NCBI GenBank assembly: GCA_963764165.1
Contig: CAVXRD010000002.1
Coordinates: 1,856,001 to 1,920,000 of the forward strand
DNA length: 64,000 nucleotides
Source of the DNA: an uncultured Verrucomicrobiae bacterium
GTDB lineage: Bacteria > Verrucomicrobiota > Verrucomicrobiia > Limisphaerales > Palsa-1400
Direction: 5' to 3'
The translations under genes were made by a program, and so were the position numbers. The notes under the pieces were generated by a model. It saw only the letters and a program-made list of their open reading frames with translations. It was not told the origin of the DNA and did no database searches. Positions 49,740 through 59,634 of the stretch are shown piece after piece (the first letter of the stretch is position 1; each line of letters starts with the position of its first letter).

Positions 49740-50380
49740 TTGCGCGAGTCCGCATTTTCTTGCTGCTGCTGGCGCTAACGACTTCGCTTGCGATGCCATC
49801 CGTCGCGCGAGCCCACGCGCTGGACGAATATCTCCAAGCCACGCTGGTGGCGATCTCGGCGGGTGAAATTCGGTTCTCCATTAACTTGACACCGGGCGTC
49901 GCCGTCGCCGATCAAGTGCTCGCGCTCATTGATCTCGATCAAGACGGCGTTATTTCCACCAACGAAGCTCGCGCGTATGCGGAATTGCTGAAGCGCGATC
50001 TCTCCGCGAAGCTGGATCAGCGCGAATTGGAATTGAAAATTGAGGCCTGCAATTTTCCAGACACGAACGAGCTTCGCACCGGCTGGGGAATCATTCAGGT
50101 GGAGTTTTCGGCCAAAATCGATTCGCTGGCCGGAGGCTCGCACCGGTTGGAATTCGACAACCGCCACCAGCCAGCCGCCAGCGTGTATCTCTTCAACGCA
50201 ACGCAGCCGAGTTCGGAGGACTTTATCCTCATCACGCAGCAAAATCGGAACAAAACACAAAGCCACGGGGAGATCATTTTTGACCATTACGTTCCAAAAC
50301 ACATGTCGCCCGTTGTGCCGCTTCTGCTGGCGCTCTTTGTTATTCTTGCCGCCTGGCAGGTGCGGCACGGGTTTAGGTAG
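49736..50380 (+). CDS. Exported protein with N-terminal His and EF-hand-like loop, C-terminal TM
   Basis: AHALDEYLQAT; DLDQDGVISTNE; ATGA overlap with DUF3500. Confidence 0.75.
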   Translation: MIARVRIFLLLLALTTSLAMPSVARAHALDEYLQATLVAISAGEIRFSINLTPGVAVADQVLALIDLDQDGVISTNEARAYAELLKRDLSAKLDQRELELKIEACNFPDTNELRTGWGIIQVEFSAKIDSLAGGSHRLEFDNRHQPAASVYLFNATQPSSEDFILITQQNRNKTQSHGEIIFDHYVPKHMSPVVPLLLALFVILAAWQVRHGFR

Positions 50381-50431
50381 AAGCCTCGACCCGTCTTCGC
50401 TAAAAGCTCCGGCGTGGCAAACGAGGCGTGC

Positions 50432-52111
50432 CTACCTTTGGATTAGCGCGAGGAGATTCGCCAGGGTATCCGCTTCTTCTGGCTTTTTGTCGTGACGCCA
50501 TCGGTTGATGCGGGGGAATCTCACGGCCACTCCCGATTTGTGCCGCGTGGATTTTTGGACGCCCTCGAACGCGAGTTCAAACACCAACCGCGGCGAGACC
50601 GCGCGCACTGGCCCGAATTTCTCCACGCTGTTGCCGCGCACAAATGCGTCAACGCGCAAAATTTCCTCATCCGTCAAACCTGAGTAAGCCTTCGCCACCG
50701 GCACGAGCGCGCCGTCCTGCCAAAGCGCAAAAGTGTAATCCGTATACAAGCTCGCGCGGCGGCCATGCCCTCGCTGCGCGCCGACCAAAACGGTGTCGAT
50801 GACAAATGGATCCACCTTCCACTTCCACCAATCGCCGCGCGGACGTCCCACGCCGTAGGGCGAATCCAATCGCTTCAACATCAGCCCTTCAACCTCTCGC
50901 TGGCGGGCTTGCTGGTGAAGTTCCGCCGCCTCTGTCCACGAACTCGCGGTGAGGACCGGCGAAATTCTCAACGGCGATTGCGGCTCTTTGCCGCCTGGCT
51001 CTTCAAAACCCGGCAGCATGAGCGGCCCGCCATCCAATCGCTTCGGCTTCGCGGCCGCGGCATTTGCGATGACGTTCTCCAATGCGCGCCGCCGTTCGGC
51101 GAGCGGCAGCGGGCGCATGTCGCGGCCTTGCCATTCCAACAAATCGTAGGCGAGAAAAGCGACGGGATGCTGCACGCGCGTTTTCGCCGAAACGATTTTG
51201 CGTCCAAGTCGGCGCTGCAAGGCGGCGAATGGAAGCGGCGCATCCCCGCGCCACGCGAGAATTTCTCCGTCGATCACGGTGCCTTCCGGCAGATTCATGC
51301 CTGCCTCGACAAGCTCGGGAAAACTTTCGGAAATCATCTCCTCGCCGCGCGACCAGATCAGCGCTTCGCCGCCGCGCCGAATCAGTTGCGCGCGGATGCC
51401 GTCCCACTTCCATTCGAGCTGCCATTCGTTCACCAGGCCCAAATCTTCCAGCGATTCTCCGCGGCGGATGCGTGTCTCCATCGGCGAGGCCAGAAAAAAA
51501 GGATAGGGCTGCGCAACCGGTGAAGGCTGATTTTCGCCGCTCAGCAATTTCTGAAAATCTTGGGCAGACGGACTCCATTTCCCCATCACGCGATGCGCCA
51601 TGATTGCCGGATCAATGCCAGCCAGTTTGGAGAGCGCGCGCACGACCAAAGTTTGAGCGGCGCCGATTCGAAAATTTCCCGTGATCAATTTATTCCAGAC
51701 AATTCGCTCCTCCGGCTTCAACTCGCGCCAAGTTTGGACGAGGAGCGAGCGTTTTGCGTTGTCAGTCAAATTCGGCAGCGGGAGCAGGCGCTTTTCGATT
51801 AATTCCGACAGCGGCAGACTTGATCCCGTTCCCTCCTCCGGCAGGAGCAGCGCCATCGTTTCCGCAAGATCGCCGACGGCTTCGTAACATTCGTCGATCA
51901 GCCAATCGGGAAATTTGGATTCCGCCGCAATCCAATCTCGCAAATTTCTTGATGACACGGCGCGCTTCAGCGTTCGGCCCGAGAGAAATTGCAAGGCCCA
52001 GGCGGCATCGGCGGGCGGCGCTTCCGCGAAGTAGCGTTCGAGCGCGGCCACCTTTTCGTTGGTGCGGGTGGTTTGGTCGAGTTCGTAGAATAGCTGGGTG
52101 AAACGCTTCAT
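50432..52111 (-). CDS. ATP-dependent DNA ligase
   Basis: EWKWDGIRAQ, DGE, YDLL, EGLMLKR, WWKWK, VRFPRI.RWR.DK. Confidence 0.95.
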   Translation of the reverse strand: MKRFTQLFYELDQTTRTNEKVAALERYFAEAPPADAAWALQFLSGRTLKRAVSSRNLRDWIAAESKFPDWLIDECYEAVGDLAETMALLLPEEGTGSSLPLSELIEKRLLPLPNLTDNAKRSLLVQTWRELKPEERIVWNKLITGNFRIGAAQTLVVRALSKLAGIDPAIMAHRVMGKWSPSAQDFQKLLSGENQPSPVAQPYPFFLASPMETRIRRGESLEDLGLVNEWQLEWKWDGIRAQLIRRGGEALIWSRGEEMISESFPELVEAGMNLPEGTVIDGEILAWRGDAPLPFAALQRRLGRKIVSAKTRVQHPVAFLAYDLLEWQGRDMRPLPLAERRRALENVIANAAAAKPKRLDGGPLMLPGFEEPGGKEPQSPLRISPVLTASSWTEAAELHQQARQREVEGLMLKRLDSPYGVGRPRGDWWKWKVDPFVIDTVLVGAQRGHGRRASLYTDYTFALWQDGALVPVAKAYSGLTDEEILRVDAFVRGNSVEKFGPVRAVSPRLVFELAFEGVQKSTRHKSGVAVRFPRINRWRHDKKPEEADTLANLLALIQR

Positions 52112-53130
52112 GGCGCGCCGCCTTCGGCTGCGGGTGGAACCTCTTCTTCCGCCTCGTCATGGAATTGCGTGCGCAGGGCTTCGGCGTTTACGCCGCGTTC
52201 GCGCAGCCAGCGCACCATGGGCGCGGTGTAACCGTGAGTTACCCAAACTGTTTCGGCTCCGGTCGCCTTGATGGTAGCTTGAAGGCCGTTCCAATCCGCG
52301 TGGTCCGACAAGACGAAGCCGCGCTCAATCGATCTCCGGCGGCGCGTTCCACGGATCTGCATCCAGCCGGATGCGAACGCAGTTGAAACCTCGCCGAAGC
52401 GGCGGAGCCACAGCGAATTGTCGGTGGACATCGGCGCGAGCACCAGGCCGCGCCCTTGCGCGGCGCGAACGCTTTCAGCATTGACTGGCGTGGTCTCCGG
52501 AAATTCCACCCCGCGCGCGCGGTAGGCCGGAAGAAATGGCTCGATCGATCCGTGCAGGAATATCGGCCCGTTACCGCCGCGAAGCCCGCGCAGGAGGCGT
52601 TGCGCCTTGCCAAGCGAATAACAGAAAATGACGCTCGCCTGCCCCTCTTCCTGATTAGCGCGCCACCAGCGGTGAATTTCGGGAAATATTTCGTCCTGCG
52701 GCCGCCAGCGGAAAATCGGGAGACCGAAGGTCGATTCCGTCACGAAATGATGGCAGCGGATCGGCGCAAAGGGCTCGCATGTCCCGTCATTCTCCAATTT
52801 GTAATCACCGCTAACGACGCAAATCTCGCCGCGATGTTCTATTCGAACCTGGGCGGATCCAAGAATGTGGCCGGCGGGATGAAGCGACATTTCCAAGCCG
52901 TTGCGAGTGACGCTTTCGCCGTAACGCAACGGATGAACGCGGATGTCAGGGCCGAGGCGCAGCCGCAGAAGCGGCTCGTTCTCCACATGAGTCAAGTATA
53001 ACCCGCAGCCCGGGCGGGCGTGGTCCGAATGCGCGTGCGTGACAACAGCCACTTCCACGGGCCGCCACGGGTCGACATGGAACCCGCCCGCTTCGCAAAA
53101 CAGACCGCGCTCGGTGTTTTGTAGGAGGAT
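52108..53130 (-). CDS. Ligase-associated DNA damage response exonuclease (MBL/beta-CASP)
   Basis: THAHSDH, AGHILGSA, SGDYK, ESTFGLP, SDHADW; family-like sequence extends upstream of the GTG at 53058, so the start is uncertain. Confidence 0.9.
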   Translation of the reverse strand: MLLQNTERGLFCEAGGFHVDPWRPVEVAVVTHAHSDHARPGCGLYLTHVENEPLLRLRLGPDIRVHPLRYGESVTRNGLEMSLHPAGHILGSAQVRIEHRGEICVVSGDYKLENDGTCEPFAPIRCHHFVTESTFGLPIFRWRPQDEIFPEIHRWWRANQEEGQASVIFCYSLGKAQRLLRGLRGGNGPIFLHGSIEPFLPAYRARGVEFPETTPVNAESVRAAQGRGLVLAPMSTDNSLWLRRFGEVSTAFASGWMQIRGTRRRRSIERGFVLSDHADWNGLQATIKATGAETVWVTHGYTAPMVRWLRERGVNAEALRTQFHDEAEEEVPPAAEGGAP

Positions 53131-53242
53131 GTTTCCTTTCCGCCTCGCGTTGCGCGCGAGGCTGTGATGTTTTGCCTAGATAGCCAGCTTAATATGCCAA
53201 TGGGAAGAACGGTGTGCCATGGGTTTTATTCCCGGGTGGTTT

Positions 53243-54478
53243 CTAGTGCGCTATGGGCGTGGCGCCTTGCTCCTCGACGAAACGAATGGGGCCCATGTAA
53301 ACGCGGCCGATCAAAAAAATGAGGATGCTCATGGCGGACGTTCCCGCCAGCAATACCGCAATCGGCAAAATTTGGTGCGAATCCTTCAAACCGATTATTG
53401 ACGACGCGATTCCAGAAATTCCAATTTGCAGAAATCCGAGCATAGCGGCGGCGCTGCCGATGTTGCGGTCAAACGGGGAAATTGCCAGGGCTGCGCCATT
53501 CGGGCCGGCGAGGCCAATCACGGAAAGCGCCAGAAACAAGAGCACCAGCGCGGGCCGCAGCCCGAACTCGTGCATCGCCCCGATCAGGAACAAAATGGAG
53601 ATCGGCAGATAGATGGTGAGCGCCACCGCATAAATTCGAGCGCTGGTGAATTTTTTCAATAGCAGGGAATTAATCTGGTTGCTGCCGATAAAGCCTGCCG
53701 CCAGCCCTGCAAAAATGTAGCCGTAGGTGGCTGCCTTCACCTTGAACACTTCCAGGAAAATGATCGGGGAACCGGCCACATAAGCAAGCAAGCCGGAAAA
53801 AGCAAACGCGCTCGACAGCGCGAAAACGGTGAACTGCCTTTCGCGCAGAACCTCCGCGTAGTTTTTCATGATCGGCTTCAATTGGAGGGAAACGGATTTG
53901 TCCGGGATATGCCCGTCCGGCAGCAAAAACACACAGAGCAACAAGTTCAAAACTGCCACAATGGCCAGAACCATGAACACCCACTGCCAGCCCCAATGGA
54001 CGGCTATGAGCGTCCCCACGGATGGCGCGAGCAGCGGCGAAACACCCAGTATAAGAATCAGCCACGCGATGATTCGCGCCGTTTCCTTAACCGGGAAAAA
54101 ATCCCGCACCATGGCCATTGCGGCCACTTGCGCTGCGCATCCGCCGAGCGCCTGCAAGAATCGCATCGTGACCAGCCACTCCACCGAGCGTGAGCAGAGG
54201 CACAAAATCGAGGCCACCGCGAAGAGCACGAGGCCGAAGTATAAAGGTATTTTCCGGCCGAACCTGTCAAGCAGCGGCCCGTAAAAAAGCTGTCCCACCG
54301 CCAATCCGGCAAAATAGCTTGCCACTGAAAGCGAAATTTTAGCGGTCGTTGTGTGCAGCCCGTCGGCGATCTGTGGAAACGCGGGCAGGTACATATCGAT
54401 GGCAAACGGGCTGAGCGTGGAAAGCGATCCCAGTATCAAGATGATCAGAGAACGATTGTGCGATGGATGACGCGACAT
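53243..54478 (-). CDS. Bcr/CflA multidrug efflux MFS transporter
   Basis: PFAIDMYLPAFP, GQLFYGPL.DRFGRK, RFLQALGG. Confidence 0.93.
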   Translation of the reverse strand: MSRHPSHNRSLIILILGSLSTLSPFAIDMYLPAFPQIADGLHTTTAKISLSVASYFAGLAVGQLFYGPLLDRFGRKIPLYFGLVLFAVASILCLCSRSVEWLVTMRFLQALGGCAAQVAAMAMVRDFFPVKETARIIAWLILILGVSPLLAPSVGTLIAVHWGWQWVFMVLAIVAVLNLLLCVFLLPDGHIPDKSVSLQLKPIMKNYAEVLRERQFTVFALSSAFAFSGLLAYVAGSPIIFLEVFKVKAATYGYIFAGLAAGFIGSNQINSLLLKKFTSARIYAVALTIYLPISILFLIGAMHEFGLRPALVLLFLALSVIGLAGPNGAALAISPFDRNIGSAAAMLGFLQIGISGIASSIIGLKDSHQILPIAVLLAGTSAMSILIFLIGRVYMGPIRFVEEQGATPIAH

Positions 54479-54656
54479 ATTTGGATAAGAGTCGAAGCAA
54501 GGAATCGGGTGCGGACGCCCGCCACGGCGCACAATGAATGCGAAACCACAGAATTACGCAAGACTGGAAAGCCAAAGGGAAAACAAAACAAGAGCCACAG
54601 ATTGACACAGATCAACACAGATAAGAATTTTTCGGCGAGGGAGGCCGGCACTTTTA

Positions 54657-54887
54657 GAGCGTGTTTTGAAAATAGCTTGGGTAATGGATTGCGAGTGCGG
54701 CGGGGCGGATGGCGAGGCAGCCCGCAGGGCGGGCAGCTATTAATTTGTTCTGACTCGGCGAAGGAGAATATCCCTTGTGGATCTTCGACTGAGGAGCAAC
54801 GACCTGTCCTCCGTAGCCATGGCGAAGGAGGAAGCCAGCCGCCCCGCCCCGCCGCAAGACCGCCCAAGCCATTTTCAAAACACGCTC
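54657..54887. mobile_element. MITE (231 bp) nested in a REP pair (54593-54965)
   Basis: TIR GAGCGTGTTTTGAAAAT(A/G)GCTTGGG; TTA duplication. Confidence 0.87.
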
Positions 54888-54979
54888 TTAGCCAGCCCGG
54901 GATGACATCCGGCAAATACTGTCAAACAAAATGTCTTATCAGAGAATCTGTGTCCATCTGTGGCTGGAAATCCGCGGCC

Positions 54980-56632
54980 CTACTTTGCCGGGGCAGCCAC
55001 GCCTGCGAGGCATTGCAGCAGGTAGGGGAGCAGTTGTTTCTTTCGCGAGACGATGCCGTCCAGTTCCCAGACGTTCGGAACCCGCGAAGGGAAATTGATC
55101 TTGCCCAGAAATTCCGGCGCGCCCTGCACCATCAGCAGCGAATTCTGCGTGTTGATGTCCGTGACCAGCAGCGCGGAAAAAAGCAGGCCGCGGCTTTTTT
55201 GAAAACGCTCCAGCGCGGCGCTCAGCGCCTCGCGTTTTTCCTCGAAGTTCGAGAAGTTCAGCTCCTCGATCTGCGCGACGGTGAAGCGGCGGCCTTTCTC
55301 TTCGTATTCCTTGCAATCCGTCGCGATGACCTTTTCCGGCGACATCGTGAGCAGCGGCGAGCCGACGGCGAAAATCGCCTGGGCCAGCTCGGTCGGATCC
55401 GCTTTGGCGATTCCGGCCAGAAGCCCGAGAACGCGCTTGTCCACCGGCGTGGTGGTGGGCGAGGTCAAATTCAGCGTGTCCGCGATGATCCCCGCCATCA
55501 GCAGCCCGGCGATTTCGGGCGGAATTTTCACTTCCAATTGTTCGTAGCAGAGCGTGACAATCGTGCTGGTCGAACCGACCGGGTTGTTCCAGAAATGAAT
55601 CGGAGCATCGCTGGCGAAACCGCCGATGCGATGGTGGTCGAGAATTTCCACAATCGGGATTTTGTCCGCCCCTTCCACCGCCTGGGAAAGCTCGTTGTGA
55701 TCGACCAGGATCAGCCGGCGCGGAATCGGCTTGATGAAATCGCTCTTGGACAACACGCCAGCCAGGGCGCCGTCTTCGCCCAGCACCGGAAAAATGTAGG
55801 AGGCGGAACTGGCCGCCCGTTCGCGCGCGGCTTCCAGCGGCGTCTCTTCCTGAAAACTGATGAACGGCTCCACCATGCGTTCCACGCGCACCGCGCCGCG
55901 GGCCAGCAACACCGTGGTGGCCGTGTCGTGCGGTGAACTGATAATCGTGACACCCGCCTCAACCGCCGCCTTCAGGAGCGCCTCGGGCAAAGGCAAGCCG
56001 CCGGTCACCACAATCGCATGCACCTTGGCCTTGATGGCGCATTCCTGGACGTCCTCGCGATTGCCCACAAAAAGCACGATTCGCCTTGCCTTGTAATGAT
56101 CGAGCCGCTCGGAAAAACTGTCGAGGCTCATGGCCGCGACCATCAGCAAGTGCTCGGCTGTCTCGGCGCAAATCTCGCCCGCGACCGGCGAGCCGCCGAA
56201 CACGACCACGATATCCTTGAGCGACGCCGTGACCATTCGCGCCTTGGACGCATCCTCGCGTGGCGGGAAAAGCTGGCTGGTCAATTTGAAAGTGGAAAGC
56301 AGCCCGACGCAGCGATTGTGCTCGTCCACCACCGGCAGGCCGCGGTAATGCTCGTCAATCATCTGCATGGCGTCGTATACCGCCGAATCTGACCTGACGC
56401 AGGGGGCGTTTTTCTGCATGACATCGCAAACCGTGGGGGAAACATCGCTAAAAAAGGCCGGCGCCTCGACGCCGAAGCGATTGAGGACATAATCGATACG
56501 GGCATTGGTGTTGCCAGCCCGGCCCGCTATAACCCCTTCTGCGCCAGTCATCTGCTTCAGCCTGGCGTAGGCCACGGCGGCACAGATGGAATCCATGTCC
56601 GGGTTCTTGTGTCCGATTACGATTGTTTGCAT
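54980..56632 (-). CDS. ppaC: Mn-dependent inorganic pyrophosphatase with CBS-DRTGG-CBS insert
   Basis: GHKNPDMDS, LVDHNE, DHH, SRKKQ. Confidence 0.92.
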   Translation of the reverse strand: MQTIVIGHKNPDMDSICAAVAYARLKQMTGAEGVIAGRAGNTNARIDYVLNRFGVEAPAFFSDVSPTVCDVMQKNAPCVRSDSAVYDAMQMIDEHYRGLPVVDEHNRCVGLLSTFKLTSQLFPPREDASKARMVTASLKDIVVVFGGSPVAGEICAETAEHLLMVAAMSLDSFSERLDHYKARRIVLFVGNREDVQECAIKAKVHAIVVTGGLPLPEALLKAAVEAGVTIISSPHDTATTVLLARGAVRVERMVEPFISFQEETPLEAARERAASSASYIFPVLGEDGALAGVLSKSDFIKPIPRRLILVDHNELSQAVEGADKIPIVEILDHHRIGGFASDAPIHFWNNPVGSTSTIVTLCYEQLEVKIPPEIAGLLMAGIIADTLNLTSPTTTPVDKRVLGLLAGIAKADPTELAQAIFAVGSPLLTMSPEKVIATDCKEYEEKGRRFTVAQIEELNFSNFEEKREALSAALERFQKSRGLLFSALLVTDINTQNSLLMVQGAPEFLGKINFPSRVPNVWELDGIVSRKKQLLPYLLQCLAGVAAPAK

Positions 56633-56828
56633 TCCGTGAATAGCACTTAGTTGTGCCCAAATGGAACTCGAAAATAAAGAACAATGAAGGTGGGTCATCA
56701 CCTATTTCGCCAAGTTCTTTCCCCCCGCGGTGGGGCGAGACTGTAGAACATTACCTATTTGTAATGGTTTCTTGGCGATTTTGGGCTTCTATTGTCTTTT
56801 GGGCATAGTTTACGTTCTTGGAACTTAT

Positions 56829-57821
56829 ATGAATACTGGCATCAGTGCTATTAACGACCAAGTGCAGCGCACCAGCGCGTTTGTGCGCCCGCTTTTCGCC
56901 GAGATCGGAAAGGTGGTCATCGGGCAAAATTACCTTGTGGAACGGCTCGTGGTGGGCCTTCTGGCCAATGGCCACGTCCTGCTTGAAGGCGTTCCCGGGC
57001 TGGCCAAGACGCTTTCGGTCAAGGCGCTTTCCTCCGCGCTGCACGTCAAATTCGCCCGCCTTCAATTCACGCCCGACCTCCTGCCGGCGGACTTGATCGG
57101 CACGCAGGTTTACAATCCGCAAACCGGCTCGTTCACCACCCGGCGCGGCCCGATTTTCGCCAACGTCGTTCTGGCCGACGAAATCAACCGCGCCCCAGCC
57201 AAGGTGCAAAGCGCGCTGCTGGAAGCGATGCAGGAAAAGCAGGTCACCATCGGCGACCAGACGTTCAAGCTGGAAGAGCCATTCCTCGTGCTTGCGACAC
57301 AAAACCCGGTCGAGCAGGAAGGAACGTATCCGTTGCCGGAAGCGCAGGTGGATCGTTTCATGTTGAAGCTGAAGATTGTCTATCCATCGCGCGAAGAGGA
57401 GCGGCAGATTTTGGATTTGATGGCCCGCACGTCCACGCCGCCCACCACTTCCCAGGTTGTCAGCGCGCAGCAAATTCTCGAGGCGCGCCAGACGCTCAAC
57501 GACATGTACATCGATGACAAGGTGAAGGATTACATCGTTGATATTGTTTGCTGCACACGCGACCCGGGGGCTTACAAAATCGAGGGCTTGCAGGGCATGA
57601 TTCAACTCGGCGCCTCGCCGCGCGCCACGATTGCGCTGACGCTGGCGGCCAAGGCTTTTGCCTTTTTGCGCGGGCGCGGTTACGTCACGCCGCAGGACGT
57701 CAAGAGCATCGGCATGGATGTCCTGCGCCATCGCGTGACGGTCACCTACGAAGCCGAGGCCGAGGAAAAATCGAGCGAGACGATCATCACGAAGATTTTC
57801 AACGAACTGCCGGTGCCTTGA
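56829..57821 (+). CDS. moxR: MoxR-family AAA+ ATPase
   Basis: GVPGLAKT, QFTPDLLP.D, DEINRAPAK, ATQNP.EQEGTYPLPEAQ.DRF. Confidence 0.95.
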   Translation: MNTGISAINDQVQRTSAFVRPLFAEIGKVVIGQNYLVERLVVGLLANGHVLLEGVPGLAKTLSVKALSSALHVKFARLQFTPDLLPADLIGTQVYNPQTGSFTTRRGPIFANVVLADEINRAPAKVQSALLEAMQEKQVTIGDQTFKLEEPFLVLATQNPVEQEGTYPLPEAQVDRFMLKLKIVYPSREEERQILDLMARTSTPPTTSQVVSAQQILEARQTLNDMYIDDKVKDYIVDIVCCTRDPGAYKIEGLQGMIQLGASPRATIALTLAAKAFAFLRGRGYVTPQDVKSIGMDVLRHRVTVTYEAEAEEKSSETIITKIFNELPVP

Positions 57822-57931
57822 TTTCGGCGGATGGATTTTTAGACAGAATGAACAGGATTTACAGGATGCGCAACAAGCTAGCCGTTCATGGTGAAGCCAT
57901 TCCCTTGCCTGGTGTCCGCGCGCGTCTCCGC

Positions 57932-58037
57932 CGGAGCGCGGCTGTGTCGAAGACCAGCCGCAGCAGCATTCAAATTAACCGGCGCGTGACTCCGTTTTGC
58001 CGTGGCTGCGGCTGGTCTTCGACACAGCCGCGCTCCG
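57932..58037. repeat. Paired REP, same family and length as 28734-28839
   Basis: Identical 33-bp inverted arms. Confidence 0.9.
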
Positions 58038-58099
58038 TCTTGGGGAATGTCTCGATTTCTTCCCGTCCCACTCGTTTATCCACATGGTAACGGCTTAGC

Positions 58100-59050
58100 A
58101 TGATCCCGCGCGAAATACTCAAAAAAATCCGGCAGATCGAGCTGCGCACCACGCGGCTCGTTTCGGAAACTTTGGGCGGCCAATACCACAGCGTCTTCAA
58201 AGGGCAGGGCATGAACTTTGAGGAAGTGCGCGAGTATCAGCCCGGCGACGATGTCCGCTCCATCGATTGGAACGTGACGGCGCGCATGAATCATCCGTTC
58301 GTCAAGAAATTCGTCGAGGAACGGGAATTGACGCTGATGCTGGTGGTGGACTTGAGCGGTTCCGGATTGTTCGGCTCGCGCGATCAATCCAAGCGCGAAC
58401 TCGCGGCGGAACTGGCTTCCGTGCTGGCGTTTTCCGCCATTCGCAACAATGACAAAGTGGGCCTGATTCTTTTCACCGAGGAGGTGGAGAAATTTATTCC
58501 ACCGAAAAAAGGACGCCGCCATGTGCTGCGGGTGATTCGCGAAATTCTCCTGTTCCAACCGGAGAAGCGCGGCACCAATTTCGGCAAGGCGCTGGACGTT
58601 CTGAACCGGGTCGCGCGCAGGCACGCCATCGTGGTGGTGATCTCGGATTTTCTTTTCGAGCAGCGCGGGACGCCCGATAGCAACACCCGCCGCGGCGGCC
58701 ACCTTGTGTCGCCAACACTTGGGCCGCGCACACTGCCGGGGCTTCGCCAGGCCAATCGCCGCCACGATGTGATCGCGATTCAAGTAGTCGACCGCTACGA
58801 ATTGGAACTGCCCGCGATTGGGAGATTGGTTTTCCGCGACGCGGAAACGGGCGAACTCCTTGAAGTCAACACGAACGATGCCCGCAAGCGCCGCGCCTTT
58901 GCTGAACGGCGCGAGAAACACCAGGTGGAATTGCTGCGTGTGCTGCGGTCAGCGAATATCGACGCCATCGAAGTGCGGGCCGGCGAACCGTACGCCAGCG
59001 CACTGGGGCAATTCTTTGAAACGCGCGAGAAGCGCCGCCGCCACGGATGA
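58100..59050 (+). CDS. DUF58 domain protein
   Basis: FKGQGMNFEEVREYQPGDDVR.IDWNVTAR; VISDF. Confidence 0.93.
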   Translation: MIPREILKKIRQIELRTTRLVSETLGGQYHSVFKGQGMNFEEVREYQPGDDVRSIDWNVTARMNHPFVKKFVEERELTLMLVVDLSGSGLFGSRDQSKRELAAELASVLAFSAIRNNDKVGLILFTEEVEKFIPPKKGRRHVLRVIREILLFQPEKRGTNFGKALDVLNRVARRHAIVVVISDFLFEQRGTPDSNTRRGGHLVSPTLGPRTLPGLRQANRRHDVIAIQVVDRYELELPAIGRLVFRDAETGELLEVNTNDARKRRAFAERREKHQVELLRVLRSANIDAIEVRAGEPYASALGQFFETREKRRRHG

Positions 59051-59634
59051 AGACGAACTCCGCCATCATGGTGCCAAGCCCGGCTGCGGGCGGCACGAAC
59101 GCGCCCGCGCTGCAGTTTCACGAGGCGCTCAAGCCGATGATCGAAATCCCGAACCCGTGGCGGTGGGCGATCTGGACCGGCTCCCTCCTCGCGGTGTGTT
59201 TGATCAGCTGGCTGCTGTGGCGCTGGTGGAAGAAAAAAGCTGATGCCGCGCAGGCGGCGCCAATCGTGCCGCCGCATGTCCGCGCGCGCCGCGCGCTGGA
59301 AGCGGCGCTGGCGTTGATTGGCGATCCGAAGGCGTTTTCCATCGCCGTGTCCGGGGCCGTTCGCGAATACCTCGAGGAGCGCTTCACTTTCCATGCCCCC
59401 GACCGCACCACGGAGGAATTCCTATACGAGCTGCAAAACACAAATTTGTTGACAGTTGACCAAAAAGCCAGCCTCGGCAACTTTTTGGAGAACTGCGATC
59501 TGATCAAATTCGCCAAATACGAACCCGCCGAAACTGAGCTTCGCGCGATGCACGACGCGGCGCGGCGGCTGGTCGACGAAACCGAACCGCGCTGGGATCC
59601 CGCCGCCCAATCCACGGCGGCTTCCGCCAAATGA
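59047..59634 (+). CDS. Single-TM bat-operon protein
   Basis: One TM; VREYLEERF...TTEEFL...DLIKFAK. Confidence 0.8.
   Translation: MKTNSAIMVPSPAAGGTNAPALQFHEALKPMIEIPNPWRWAIWTGSLLAVCLISWLLWRWWKKKADAAQAAPIVPPHVRARRALEAALALIGDPKAFSIAVSGAVREYLEERFTFHAPDRTTEEFLYELQNTNLLTVDQKASLGNFLENCDLIKFAKYEPAETELRAMHDAARRLVDETEPRWDPAAQSTAASAK

Noticed and set aside
54353..55936. 527 aa plus-strand ORF and similar long antisense ORFs
   Set aside because: Shadow frames of well-supported genes in high-GC DNA
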